IMG/VR virus record: IMGVR_UViG_3300020402_000154
Coordinates: 1-24,735 of that record
DNA: 24,735 nucleotides
From: a virus
Lineage: Duplodnaviria; Caudoviricetes
Strand: one strand, 5' to 3'
The notes beneath the pieces were generated by a model. It saw only the letters and a list, made by a program, of their open reading frames with translations. It made no database searches and had not been told where the DNA came from. A program made the translations under genes and the position numbers. Position 1 is the stretch's first letter. The number at the start of each line of letters is the position of its first letter. Below, piece by piece: positions 16,399 to 23,887 of this stretch.

Positions 16399-16979
16399 CT
16401 AAAAGGATCTCCTGTTATCCATGCAACTAAAGAGAATCTTTCTCCCTTAGTTACTGGGGTTACTTCATGTAAAGAGAAACTAGGAAACATAATTAATGTT
16501 CCTTGATCTCTTATTGTTTCAATAGGATCTTCACCATCATATAAATGTAAATCTCCACCTTTATATTTGTTTGGATCAGATAATTGAATACTTACTGATA
16601 GTTTTCTGGTTGTACCATTCATGCCTCTATCAATATGCTTTCCATATTTTTCTCCTGGAGCTTTATAATGTGTGAATTGTAAACCCTCAGAAAAAGAGGA
16701 AATATGAAAATTATAAAAATTCTCATTTAGTTTTAAAACTGCATCTGTCATTTGTTGAAATAATTTTTCTAGATTATCTGTGTGATATAAGAATACAGTA
16801 GAAGACTTTCTAAGTTTTTTATTTAATTTACCACCTGCTCCAAAACCTACCATGGCTTGTTTCATACCTTTCTTTTTTCCAATCCTAATTATCTCTTCAC
16901 ACTTTTCAGGAGATAAAAAATTTTTTACATATGCAAAGGGTGGAAACGTGTCTATTCTTAATGGCCATACTTCTCTCAT
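16395..16979 (-). CDS. Fe(II)/2OG dioxygenase, prolyl 4-hydroxylase/PKHD-like (no. 1)
   Basis: LQFTHY...YGKHID...RKLSVSIQLSDP..YKGGDL...FPSFSLHEVTPVTKGERFSLVAW. Confidence 0.92.
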   Translation of the reverse strand: MREVWPLRIDTFPPFAYVKNFLSPEKCEEIIRIGKKKGMKQAMVGFGAGGKLNKKLRKSSTVFLYHTDNLEKLFQQMTDAVLKLNENFYNFHISSFSEGLQFTHYKAPGEKYGKHIDRGMNGTTRKLSVSIQLSDPNKYKGGDLHLYDGEDPIETIRDQGTLIMFPSFSLHEVTPVTKGERFSLVAWITGDPFR

Positions 16980-17004
16980 ACTTTCTTTCTAAATTTAATA
17001 TTTA

Positions 17005-17388
17005 TTATCCGTATACTCCGTCGTGTTTTATCCATGTTTGAGTTTCTTCATCCCAAGAATACTTAGGTCCTACTGTGCCAGGGCCAGTTGCATCATCAGG
17101 GATTGGTGTTGGTGGCACCCACTCACAATTTGATTCGTTTAATGTCCATGATGGATATGGTTGTGGTGAATGAAATCCATTTAAATCTTCTCTGTAAATC
17201 CAATCTACTGCTGCTCTAGATAATTTTGGTTGACCTGGAACAATTTTAATAAATCTTGTAGTTGGCTCCTTATGGATACCTCTTAAATAAGCTTCTCCAC
17301 CTTCTTGAGTTGCTCCGTTTTCTGGGTCAACCATTTCGGCGTTAACTACTATGTTATTTTCGTTTAATCTGCAAAATGTAAATGCCAT
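17005..17388 (-). CDS. Small Pro/Trp-rich protein, possible fibre-associated/assembly factor (127 aa)
   Basis: PQPYPSW.L.E....W.PP.P.P...YSWDEETQTW; SD-like GGAAAAGGA upstream; immediately follows the Gly-rich gene. Confidence 0.55.
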   Translation of the reverse strand: MAFTFCRLNENNIVVNAEMVDPENGATQEGGEAYLRGIHKEPTTRFIKIVPGQPKLSRAAVDWIYREDLNGFHSPQPYPSWTLNESNCEWVPPTPIPDDATGPGTVGPKYSWDEETQTWIKHDGVYG

Positions 17389-17405
17389 GTTTTTTATTCC
17401 TTTCC

Positions 17406-18275
17406 TTATGGTGTAAACGTTGTACTCGCTGTAAACTGAATTATACTATAATCTCCATCCGTTGTCACGTTAGTTGCTGGTGCAGGAAATCCTGCTGGAT
17501 TTAAATCAGCTGTTAACATTCTTATAAAAACTCCTCCTGATGCGCCTGGATATTTGTCTGGTCTTCCACCACAACCTCTTCCACCAAAATATGAAACAGA
17601 AGCTTTTTGATCACTCCATGGTGGTGAGTATGGACCTAAAGGCATACCACCTTGCGCTGCAGGTCTTTGACCTGTGTTTTGATTTCCGTTACCACCTGCA
17701 CAATAATAAATAGATGTGCCTGTAATATTGTTGGCTTCTCCGCCTCCGCCACTTTGTTGTGTTCCAGCAGCACCTTTTCCGCCGCCATAGCCACCTCTAG
17801 AGTTTGAGTGAAATCCACCTCCTGGTCCTCCAGGGTTTCCTTGGTTAGTTGTTCCGTTACCGCCTGTTTGAGGAGGAACGTTTTGTCCTCCGCCGCCACC
17901 GCCAGATCCTCCGGGTTGTCCTGGAAAACCTCCTCGGCCTCCAGCACCTCCATAACCGCCGCCGCCAGCGCCTCCGCCAACTGCAGTTGTTAATCCCGTA
18001 AATCCTGAATCTCCACCTTGACCACCTTGGTGATAAGGTTCTGGGCCGCCACTATCTGGCCCTGGTGCTCCAACAGTTACTGTGTAATCTGTTCCTCTGT
18101 CTAACAAGAGAGATGTTCCAGAAACCATACCTCCTGCTCCTCCACCTGCGCCTACGTAGAAGCCGCCGCCTCCACCGCCGCCGGTAATTAAGTAGTCTAC
18201 TGAAACAGGGCCTTTTCCTCCAGAGAAACCAAATCCTCTTACTGCCGCTGCTCCGAATGATCCTAGTATTGGCAT
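17406..18275 (-). CDS. Glycine/proline-rich protein, putative distal fibre / receptor-binding subunit (289 aa)
   Basis: DYLITGGGGGGG...GAGGGAGG, many GGxGG and GxPG units, N-terminal MPILGSFGA; GGAGG SD upstream; locally GC-rich. Confidence 0.7.
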   Translation of the reverse strand: MPILGSFGAAAVRGFGFSGGKGPVSVDYLITGGGGGGGFYVGAGGGAGGMVSGTSLLLDRGTDYTVTVGAPGPDSGGPEPYHQGGQGGDSGFTGLTTAVGGGAGGGGYGGAGGRGGFPGQPGGSGGGGGGQNVPPQTGGNGTTNQGNPGGPGGGFHSNSRGGYGGGKGAAGTQQSGGGGEANNITGTSIYYCAGGNGNQNTGQRPAAQGGMPLGPYSPPWSDQKASVSYFGGRGCGGRPDKYPGASGGVFIRMLTADLNPAGFPAPATNVTTDGDYSIIQFTASTTFTP

Positions 18276-18293
18276 CTTTCTATATTCCTCCTA

Positions 18294-19397
18294 TTACGCG
18301 AACTGCGTTTGTGCTGCGAGCGCTGTAAAAGCAGCGTCCCCAGTTTTAAAAATCGTGTACGTGTAAACGTCAATCGAACTTGCATTTCCAGCTGAAGGTG
18401 CTGAACCACCTTGCCATTCTGGAGTTACTGAAGATCCATCAATAGTTACTGCATTATTGTAGTAAGGTGTTGAACCTTGAGTTACTAAGTGAGCAATTGT
18501 AATCGATTCACCTGTATCCATAATACTGTTTAACGTGTTTGAACCATCACCTCTAATGTTTAGAGTGTAGTTAGCTGCAGCGTTAGATGTAAAATATAAA
18601 ACAGCTTGAGTGATTACGTCAAAGTTGACTGTACCCGTAGCTGCAGTTGCTGCTATTGTAGCTTTTTCTGTTAGCTGTTGAATCGCACCAGCGCCTAAAC
18701 TTACTCTTCCTAAACCTTTTCCAGCGATACTTAAATCAACATTAGTGTCTCCACCAGTTGCAGTTACGCTTGGCGCGTTGCCTGTAGCTGCGTTTGTTAC
18801 ATCAATTTGGTTTACTGCTGATGCTGTTGTTTGAAATATAATTTGTTCGTTTCCATTTTCGTCTCCGATAAAGTGTGCATCATCAATTAAAATGTTGTTG
18901 TCATTAGTATCTAGATTTCCACCTAATTGAGGTGTTGTATCTTCAACAACTGATTTGATACCTGTGTTAATAGTTAAAATTTTTGGGTTAGTTCCATCGT
19001 CTGCAGAAGCAAAAACTAAGGCATCGCCTTTGTTTGTTGCAGAGAAAGTGAAAGAATCACCTGATCCAGTTATATATTTAAATTGTACTGTGTATGCACC
19101 CGACGTTGAATTTCTTAAAAAGTAAAAAGTTTGAACATCTAAAGGTATTGTTACAACTTGGTTTCCTGTAATTGTACCTGTAAACTCAATCATTCTGTGA
19201 GAAAGTTCTGCACCAGTTGATCCATCAGAAACTGCTAAATCAGTTTGTTGTGCTCCACCAGCAATTGATTTTTGAATAAATCCACCAGATATTTGTTCTA
19301 AAATTTGTAAATTGGTATTGGTTTTTGTTCCCCACGTTCCCGCGTTTTCACCGGTTGCTTGAAGTTCTACTCCTAAAGGTGTGTATGTTGAAGCCAT
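18294..19397 (-). CDS. Putative tail fibre (proximal) protein (367 aa)
   Basis: N-terminal MASTYT..GVELQATGENAGTWGTKTNTNL, central DTTPQLGGNLDTN, C-terminal W.GG.AP...IDVYTY; AGGAG SD. Confidence 0.65.
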   Translation of the reverse strand: MASTYTPLGVELQATGENAGTWGTKTNTNLQILEQISGGFIQKSIAGGAQQTDLAVSDGSTGAELSHRMIEFTGTITGNQVVTIPLDVQTFYFLRNSTSGAYTVQFKYITGSGDSFTFSATNKGDALVFASADDGTNPKILTINTGIKSVVEDTTPQLGGNLDTNDNNILIDDAHFIGDENGNEQIIFQTTASAVNQIDVTNAATGNAPSVTATGGDTNVDLSIAGKGLGRVSLGAGAIQQLTEKATIAATAATGTVNFDVITQAVLYFTSNAAANYTLNIRGDGSNTLNSIMDTGESITIAHLVTQGSTPYYNNAVTIDGSSVTPEWQGGSAPSAGNASSIDVYTYTIFKTGDAAFTALAAQTQFA

Positions 19398-19417
19398 TTT
19401 TTATCTCCTAATTTTGC

Positions 19418-21220
19418 TTACGCAACATCTGTATAGCTAGTATTTGAACCTGTGTCAATACTTTGATATGCCTGAATTCCAAAGCCTGATGAAGTTCCAA
19501 AAGCAGCTACATTTGACGTTGCTGATAATCCAGTTAACGCTAAATCTAAACTTGTGTCAACTGATAATGTTCCTATACTAAACGTTGCAGACAATCCAGT
19601 CAAGCCCATAATATCAGCAGGCGCTAAAGATCCTACACTAGAAGTCATGCCAAATCCATTTGGTATAATTATAGGATTTGAAGTCTCGTCCGTGGAACCT
19701 AAAGAAATAGTAGCAGAAACACCAGTTATATCATAAGCCGTTTCTATGACTACTGATCCAACAGAAGATGTTGCACCTACGCCTGTTGGAACCATTACGT
19801 CTGTTGCAATCACTGATCCAACAGAAGACGTCGCTGACTGACCAGTTAAAGTTAAAGAAACATCACCAACTATTGTAGGCGAGCCTAAACTTGATGTTCC
19901 AGAAACTCCTGTAACTCCCATTACATCCGCAGGAGATAATGAGCCGACAGAAGTTGTTGCTGATTGTCCTGTTAATAATACGTCACCTTGTATACCCCAA
20001 GCATCATCATTCCAAGCAGCTCTGCCCCAACCAGTGTTAATCTCTCCTGTCGCTGTAACTGTTCCAATGCTTGTTGTTAAACCAATACCTGTTAACTCTA
20101 AGGATGTATCACCAACTTGTCCCCATTCACCTTCGTTCCAAAATCTACCACCCCAACCTTTTTCGTTAAAAGCCTCTAAACTTCCAACGGAAGATGTCAT
20201 TGATAGGCCAGTTAAAGTTAAAACAGGATTATTACTGTCGCCCCAAGATTCTGAGTTCCAAGTATTTCTACCCCAACCATTTAATGTATAAGATAAAAGA
20301 CCTGCAGCATTTAAAGATGTTGTTAATCCAAGTCCTGTTAATTCAACGCCATTGTCTGTAACTGCGCCCCACTCACCATTACTCCAAGTAGTTCCACCCC
20401 AACCTTGGGCAGGCACACCCATGTTTGTCCCATCACCAACGGAAGAAGTTGCTGATTGTCCTGTAACTGAAACTGAAACAGTGTCTTGAGCACCCCAAGA
20501 GTTATAATTCCAACTTAAAAGACCCCAAGTGTTTGAAGTTGGAGTGTTTGCTTGTCCACCCATACCTGAGTGATTGGTGCAATAATAATATAAAGTTGGT
20601 GCGGAGGCTGCGACTGTAATTTGTGTGTACGCTCCAGCGCTCCCTGGCGTTCCATTTGTGGTTACACCGGTAGTATATTGAGAGCCACCGCCGTGTGTTC
20701 CATCACTGGTCGTTGAAAATCTTAAAGGGTGATTGCTATTTGAAGAATCAGACTGATCAAAAATATAAGTATAACCTTCACCTAAATTAACAGTGTCTTG
20801 TTGCACGCCATCGATAGCATATTTATTTCCAGAGCCAGTAGAAACAACTGTTACTGCAAGCGTTCGAGAATAACTACTTATGGGAGTGTTAGCTTGTCCC
20901 CCCATGCCAGAATGATTAGTGCAATAATAATATAAAGTTGGAGCGGAAGTGGCTACGGTGATTTGCGTGTACGCTCCAGAACTTCCTGGCGTTCCGTTTG
21001 TGGTTACACCTGTTGTGTATTCAGATCCACCACCATGCGAACCATCTGATGTTGTAGAAAATCTTAACGGGTGTGAACCGTTTGATGAATCGGATTGATC
21101 GAAACGATAAGTTCTACCTTCAGCTAAATAAACGGTATCTTGTTGAACACCGTTAATAAAATATTTATTACCAGAGTCGGTGCTAACAACCGTTACTGTA
21201 TAAGTTCGAGCAACGGACAT
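19418..21220 (-). CDS. Thr/Ser/Gly-rich virion protein with two tandem cupredoxin-like N-terminal domains and Trp-Gly repeats (600 aa)
   Basis: 114-aa-period duplication ending in YYYCTNHSGMGG; five W-G-x3-W-x4-W-G repeats; repeated TG.SATSSVG units; GGGAGG SD. Confidence 0.7.
   Translation of the reverse strand: MSVARTYTVTVVSTDSGNKYFINGVQQDTVYLAEGRTYRFDQSDSSNGSHPLRFSTTSDGSHGGGSEYTTGVTTNGTPGSSGAYTQITVATSAPTLYYYCTNHSGMGGQANTPISSYSRTLAVTVVSTGSGNKYAIDGVQQDTVNLGEGYTYIFDQSDSSNSNHPLRFSTTSDGTHGGGSQYTTGVTTNGTPGSAGAYTQITVAASAPTLYYYCTNHSGMGGQANTPTSNTWGLLSWNYNSWGAQDTVSVSVTGQSATSSVGDGTNMGVPAQGWGGTTWSNGEWGAVTDNGVELTGLGLTTSLNAAGLLSYTLNGWGRNTWNSESWGDSNNPVLTLTGLSMTSSVGSLEAFNEKGWGGRFWNEGEWGQVGDTSLELTGIGLTTSIGTVTATGEINTGWGRAAWNDDAWGIQGDVLLTGQSATTSVGSLSPADVMGVTGVSGTSSLGSPTIVGDVSLTLTGQSATSSVGSVIATDVMVPTGVGATSSVGSVVIETAYDITGVSATISLGSTDETSNPIIIPNGFGMTSSVGSLAPADIMGLTGLSATFSIGTLSVDTSLDLALTGLSATSNVAAFGTSSGFGIQAYQSIDTGSNTSYTDVA
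20540..21208 (-). repeat. Tandem intragenic duplication (two copies of about 327 bp, period 342 bp)
   Basis: aa 5-113 (21208-20882) and aa 119-227 (20866-20540) are near-identical; shared DNA such as gcaataataatataaagttgg and tgtggttacacc occurs in both copies. Confidence 0.95.
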
Positions 21221-21233
21221 CCGTTAGCCTCCC

Positions 21234-21665
21234 TTACGCTATTCTGATGATCGCGTTTGATGCGTCTGCTGTTGGAAACTGAATTGTAAAAGTACCACTC
21301 GTTACAGTTTTGTCAGAACCAAAATCGATTGCACAAACTGCTGGATCACCTGTTGCTGAGTCGTTGAAAATTAAACATCCTCTTGCCGTGAAAGAAGCAG
21401 ATGTAAAACTTGTGTCAGCAAAGTCGCAAACAGCTGTTGATGAATCTAAAGTTGGAGTAACACTTGTAAGCGCATTTCCTTTTGCAGTGTATCCAGAACC
21501 AGAAACTTCGTTAGAAGTTGTGTACGCCGTCGTACTAGCTCCTAAAGATGCTGAAGATGTGTACAATGCTAAGTTAAACGTGTTTCCACTTGATGCAGTG
21601 AAATTGTGAGTGCCTGTTAAAATTTCAGTTTTGAAACTATTACAGATTGCTGATGTTATTGCCAT
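21234..21665 (-). CDS. Putative virion structural protein (143 aa)
   Basis: MAITSAICNSFK.E.L...LALYTSSA...GY..KG..L...DFG.DKT...GTFTIQFP; AGGAG SD. Confidence 0.65.
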   Translation of the reverse strand: MAITSAICNSFKTEILTGTHNFTASSGNTFNLALYTSSASLGASTTAYTTSNEVSGSGYTAKGNALTSVTPTLDSSTAVCDFADTSFTSASFTARGCLIFNDSATGDPAVCAIDFGSDKTVTSGTFTIQFPTADASNAIIRIA

Positions 21666-21682
21666 AATTTAACTCCTAATTT

Positions 21683-22390
21683 TTACGGGTTTGTTGACGG
21701 AACGGTTAACCTAACTGTGCCATCTGTGTAGTCATCTCTTCTTCTTCTGCCGATCTGCTCTACACCAAACTTGTCTACTTCTTGTTTATACTTTTGTTCG
21801 TATAATGTCAACATATCTTGTGGACCTTTTAAAAAAGCGTACGTCTCCGCTAGACAGCAGTATAATAGCCCGTTAGGGAAGTTTAGACTGATATAGTTAG
21901 TCTGATTATCAGACGCTAATGTGGCTGGCATAACATTATAATGAATCCTAAATTTATATGTAGTATCAGGCACGGGAGCAAACATCAGTCGCCCTGAAGT
22001 CGTGTCTGTATTGCCTGTAGCGGCTCCAAACATGGCATAATACTTAGGTTGTCCTCTTTTTGCTGTCTCTGTTGAGGGCACATATTCTTGTAGATATGTA
22101 ACGTCCTTCTTTTCTAGATATCTATTATTACCTGTTATGGCTGAAGTTGAATCATAAACTTGCACAGCTCTGACAAATAGACATCCTGCCGGAGCATTTA
22201 TTGTTTCTTGACCTGTAACCAAATTACCTTGTTGTTGCTTTCTATCAGCATCGATAGGGACATCACGCATAATTCTATATTGTGAGTTTAAGATAATATT
22301 TTCCAACTGATCAGTAGTTAAAACATTAGAATCTACTTCTGTGTAGTTTCTAATTTGTGTTACTAAAGTGTCATAACTAATTCCTGCCAT
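21683..22390 (-). CDS. Putative head-tail adaptor / tail tubular protein A-like (235 aa)
   Basis: Helical N-terminus, GQPKYYA and APVPDTTY motifs, LLYCCLAETY helix and helical C-terminus. Confidence 0.6.
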   Translation of the reverse strand: MAGISYDTLVTQIRNYTEVDSNVLTTDQLENIILNSQYRIMRDVPIDADRKQQQGNLVTGQETINAPAGCLFVRAVQVYDSTSAITGNNRYLEKKDVTYLQEYVPSTETAKRGQPKYYAMFGAATGNTDTTSGRLMFAPVPDTTYKFRIHYNVMPATLASDNQTNYISLNFPNGLLYCCLAETYAFLKGPQDMLTLYEQKYKQEVDKFGVEQIGRRRRDDYTDGTVRLTVPSTNP

Positions 22391-22887
22391 TATGGTGTTA
22401 ATGTTACCGGCCCTGCCGTTACAAACATTCCTCCTGCTGTTTCCGTTACAGTAGGAGTTGATCCTAATGTAAACGTGTAATTATCTGTTCCTGTTACTGT
22501 TATACTAAATCCTGATGAATTTTCAAATACAGTAAAAGCTAAACCTCCTGGAGATCCATCCACGTTTCTAAAAACAACGGTATCTGAAGTAGATCTTCCG
22601 TGACTTGGCTCTGTGACTGTAATTGTTGTGCTACCAGATGTTATATTAAAAGGATTTCCTGGTAATAAATTCTGTGTAGCTGGCTCTGTTCTATCTGGTT
22701 TTGCCATAGGTAAACCTTGAGGATCAGCGCCATGTGGCTTTGGCTGTAGTTGTGGCTGTTTTGGTTCAAACTCAGATACATGTACTCTAGAACCATTCCA
22801 TTCTTTAACCATTTCTTTATATGGAAAAGCCATACCAGATCTATCTGATATAAATTTAGCGTGTTTACCTTTTGCAAAATTAGACAT
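22390..22887 (-). CDS. Hypothetical virion-associated protein with C-terminal beta-rich module (165 aa)
   Basis: N-terminal FAKGKHAKFISDRSGMAFPY.EM..EW.G; C-terminal TITVTEPSHG...DTVVF module; overlaps the upstream gene by 8 nt. Confidence 0.65.
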   Translation of the reverse strand: MSNFAKGKHAKFISDRSGMAFPYKEMVKEWNGSRVHVSEFEPKQPQLQPKPHGADPQGLPMAKPDRTEPATQNLLPGNPFNITSGSTTITVTEPSHGRSTSDTVVFRNVDGSPGGLAFTVFENSSGFSITVTGTDNYTFTLGSTPTVTETAGGMFVTAGPVTLTP

Positions 22888-23608
22888 TTGGATAATAAGT
22901 TTTTGGGGTTATGTAAGAACTAGATGATGAGCCGTCCTCCGCTAAAGCTCTTTGTAATTCATCTTCGTATAATAGTTTCATGTTTTGAGTTAATTCTGGT
23001 TTAAATTTTTGTGATAAATAATAAGCTAAACCTGATGCCATGCATGGTACAAATCTGTACGGAACGTCTGTTGCATTAGTGTAGTCACCAACATCTTGTA
23101 TTCTTTTTACATAATAGTAGTTAATAAAATTACCAGCTTCTGAAGAACCAGGTGTTAAATATAAAGTGATTGTAACTTTATCTATAAACCTCTGCACAAA
23201 ATATTGTGATGGTTGACCTGTTGATGTTTTATTTGATAAAGCTTGATACGTAGATCTATTTATTTTTGTAAGAGGTGAATCAACACTTGAAGAATTTCTG
23301 TAAACAGCTTCTAATACATCGTCAACACCATATACAGCTGTAGTGCTAGAAGTGCCATCGCCTGTTGATCTAAACATTGTGTATTCTGCTTGACCACTAA
23401 CTAATGTAATTGAGTTGTTTGCTACTTCCCAATAGTGAAGTCCTCTATTACCCCACTCTTGAAACATGATATTGAGAGATCTTCTTGCCTGACGTAACTG
23501 ATTACCAGACACACCTTGCATACCTATTCTCTCATATGCTTCTTCGATTATCTCGTCGATAGCAAATGTTTTGTCGAACGTTGTAGTTCCTGAAGTAGTA
23601 TTAGCCAT
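22880..23608 (-). CDS. Putative head-tail adaptor/connector protein (242 aa)
   Basis: DEIIEEAYERIG...ARRSLN.MFQEWGNRG...TGQPSQYF...DVPYRF.PCM.SGLAYYLS; AAGGAG SD. Confidence 0.6.
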   Translation of the reverse strand: MANTTSGTTTFDKTFAIDEIIEEAYERIGMQGVSGNQLRQARRSLNIMFQEWGNRGLHYWEVANNSITLVSGQAEYTMFRSTGDGTSSTTAVYGVDDVLEAVYRNSSSVDSPLTKINRSTYQALSNKTSTGQPSQYFVQRFIDKVTITLYLTPGSSEAGNFINYYYVKRIQDVGDYTNATDVPYRFVPCMASGLAYYLSQKFKPELTQNMKLLYEDELQRALAEDGSSSSSYITPKTYYPNV

Positions 23609-23617
23609 TTAGTCTCC

Positions 23618-23887
23618 TTACTTGTCTAATATAATTGTAGCAACAGCGTTTGAAATTGCTGATACGGTCATACCGCCTTCAAACAAAATACCATCTTCTG
23701 CTAAGTTATATGCAAAGACATCTCCAGCTGGAACATCTACTTGAAACTGTGTAACAGAGTTACCGTCTTGTAAAGTTACTGAACCTGCTGATCCAGTTGA
23801 AGCTAAAATAATTCCTCTTAATCTAGTTCTCCCTGCAAAGACTGATGTAGCATCTGTTTTTCTAACTGCTTTTACGTCTGATTTCAT
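23618..23887 (-). CDS. Small putative virion protein (89 aa)
   Basis: RTRLRGI...G.V.L.DG...DGILFEGG; TAATG-coupled to the upstream gene. Confidence 0.7.
   Translation of the reverse strand: MKSDVKAVRKTDATSVFAGRTRLRGIILASTGSAGSVTLQDGNSVTQFQVDVPAGDVFAYNLAEDGILFEGGMTVSAISNAVATIILDK

Noticed and set aside
10396-16979. TET/JBP or AlkB-type DNA-modification cluster, integron array, or DGR
   Set aside because: No TET/JBP- or AlkB-specific motifs were recognised; no methyltransferase, glycosyltransferase, integrase or reverse transcriptase is in the window; there is no intergenic space for attC sites. A nucleic-acid substrate cannot be fully excluded.
17636-17980. Alternative-frame 114 aa minus-strand ORF inside the Gly-rich gene
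   Set aside because: Its Ala/Glu/Val-rich sequence is what GGN codon runs give when read out of frame; no independent evidence of expression.
17406-18275. Collagen triple-helix call for the Gly-rich protein
   Set aside because: There is no sustained Gly-X-Y register; the GGxGG pattern fits a polyglycine-II type domain better.
299-21609. All plus-strand ORFs in the track (e.g. 299-601, 2423-2803, 6252-6647, 9001-9300, 21310-21609)
   Set aside because: They are short antisense shadows lying over coherent minus-strand genes, with Ser/Leu/Phe-skewed translations and no recognisable motifs.
22641-22877. Alternative-frame 78 aa minus-strand ORF
   Set aside because: It is nested in the 165 aa gene, which has the more credible sequence and coupling to neighbours.
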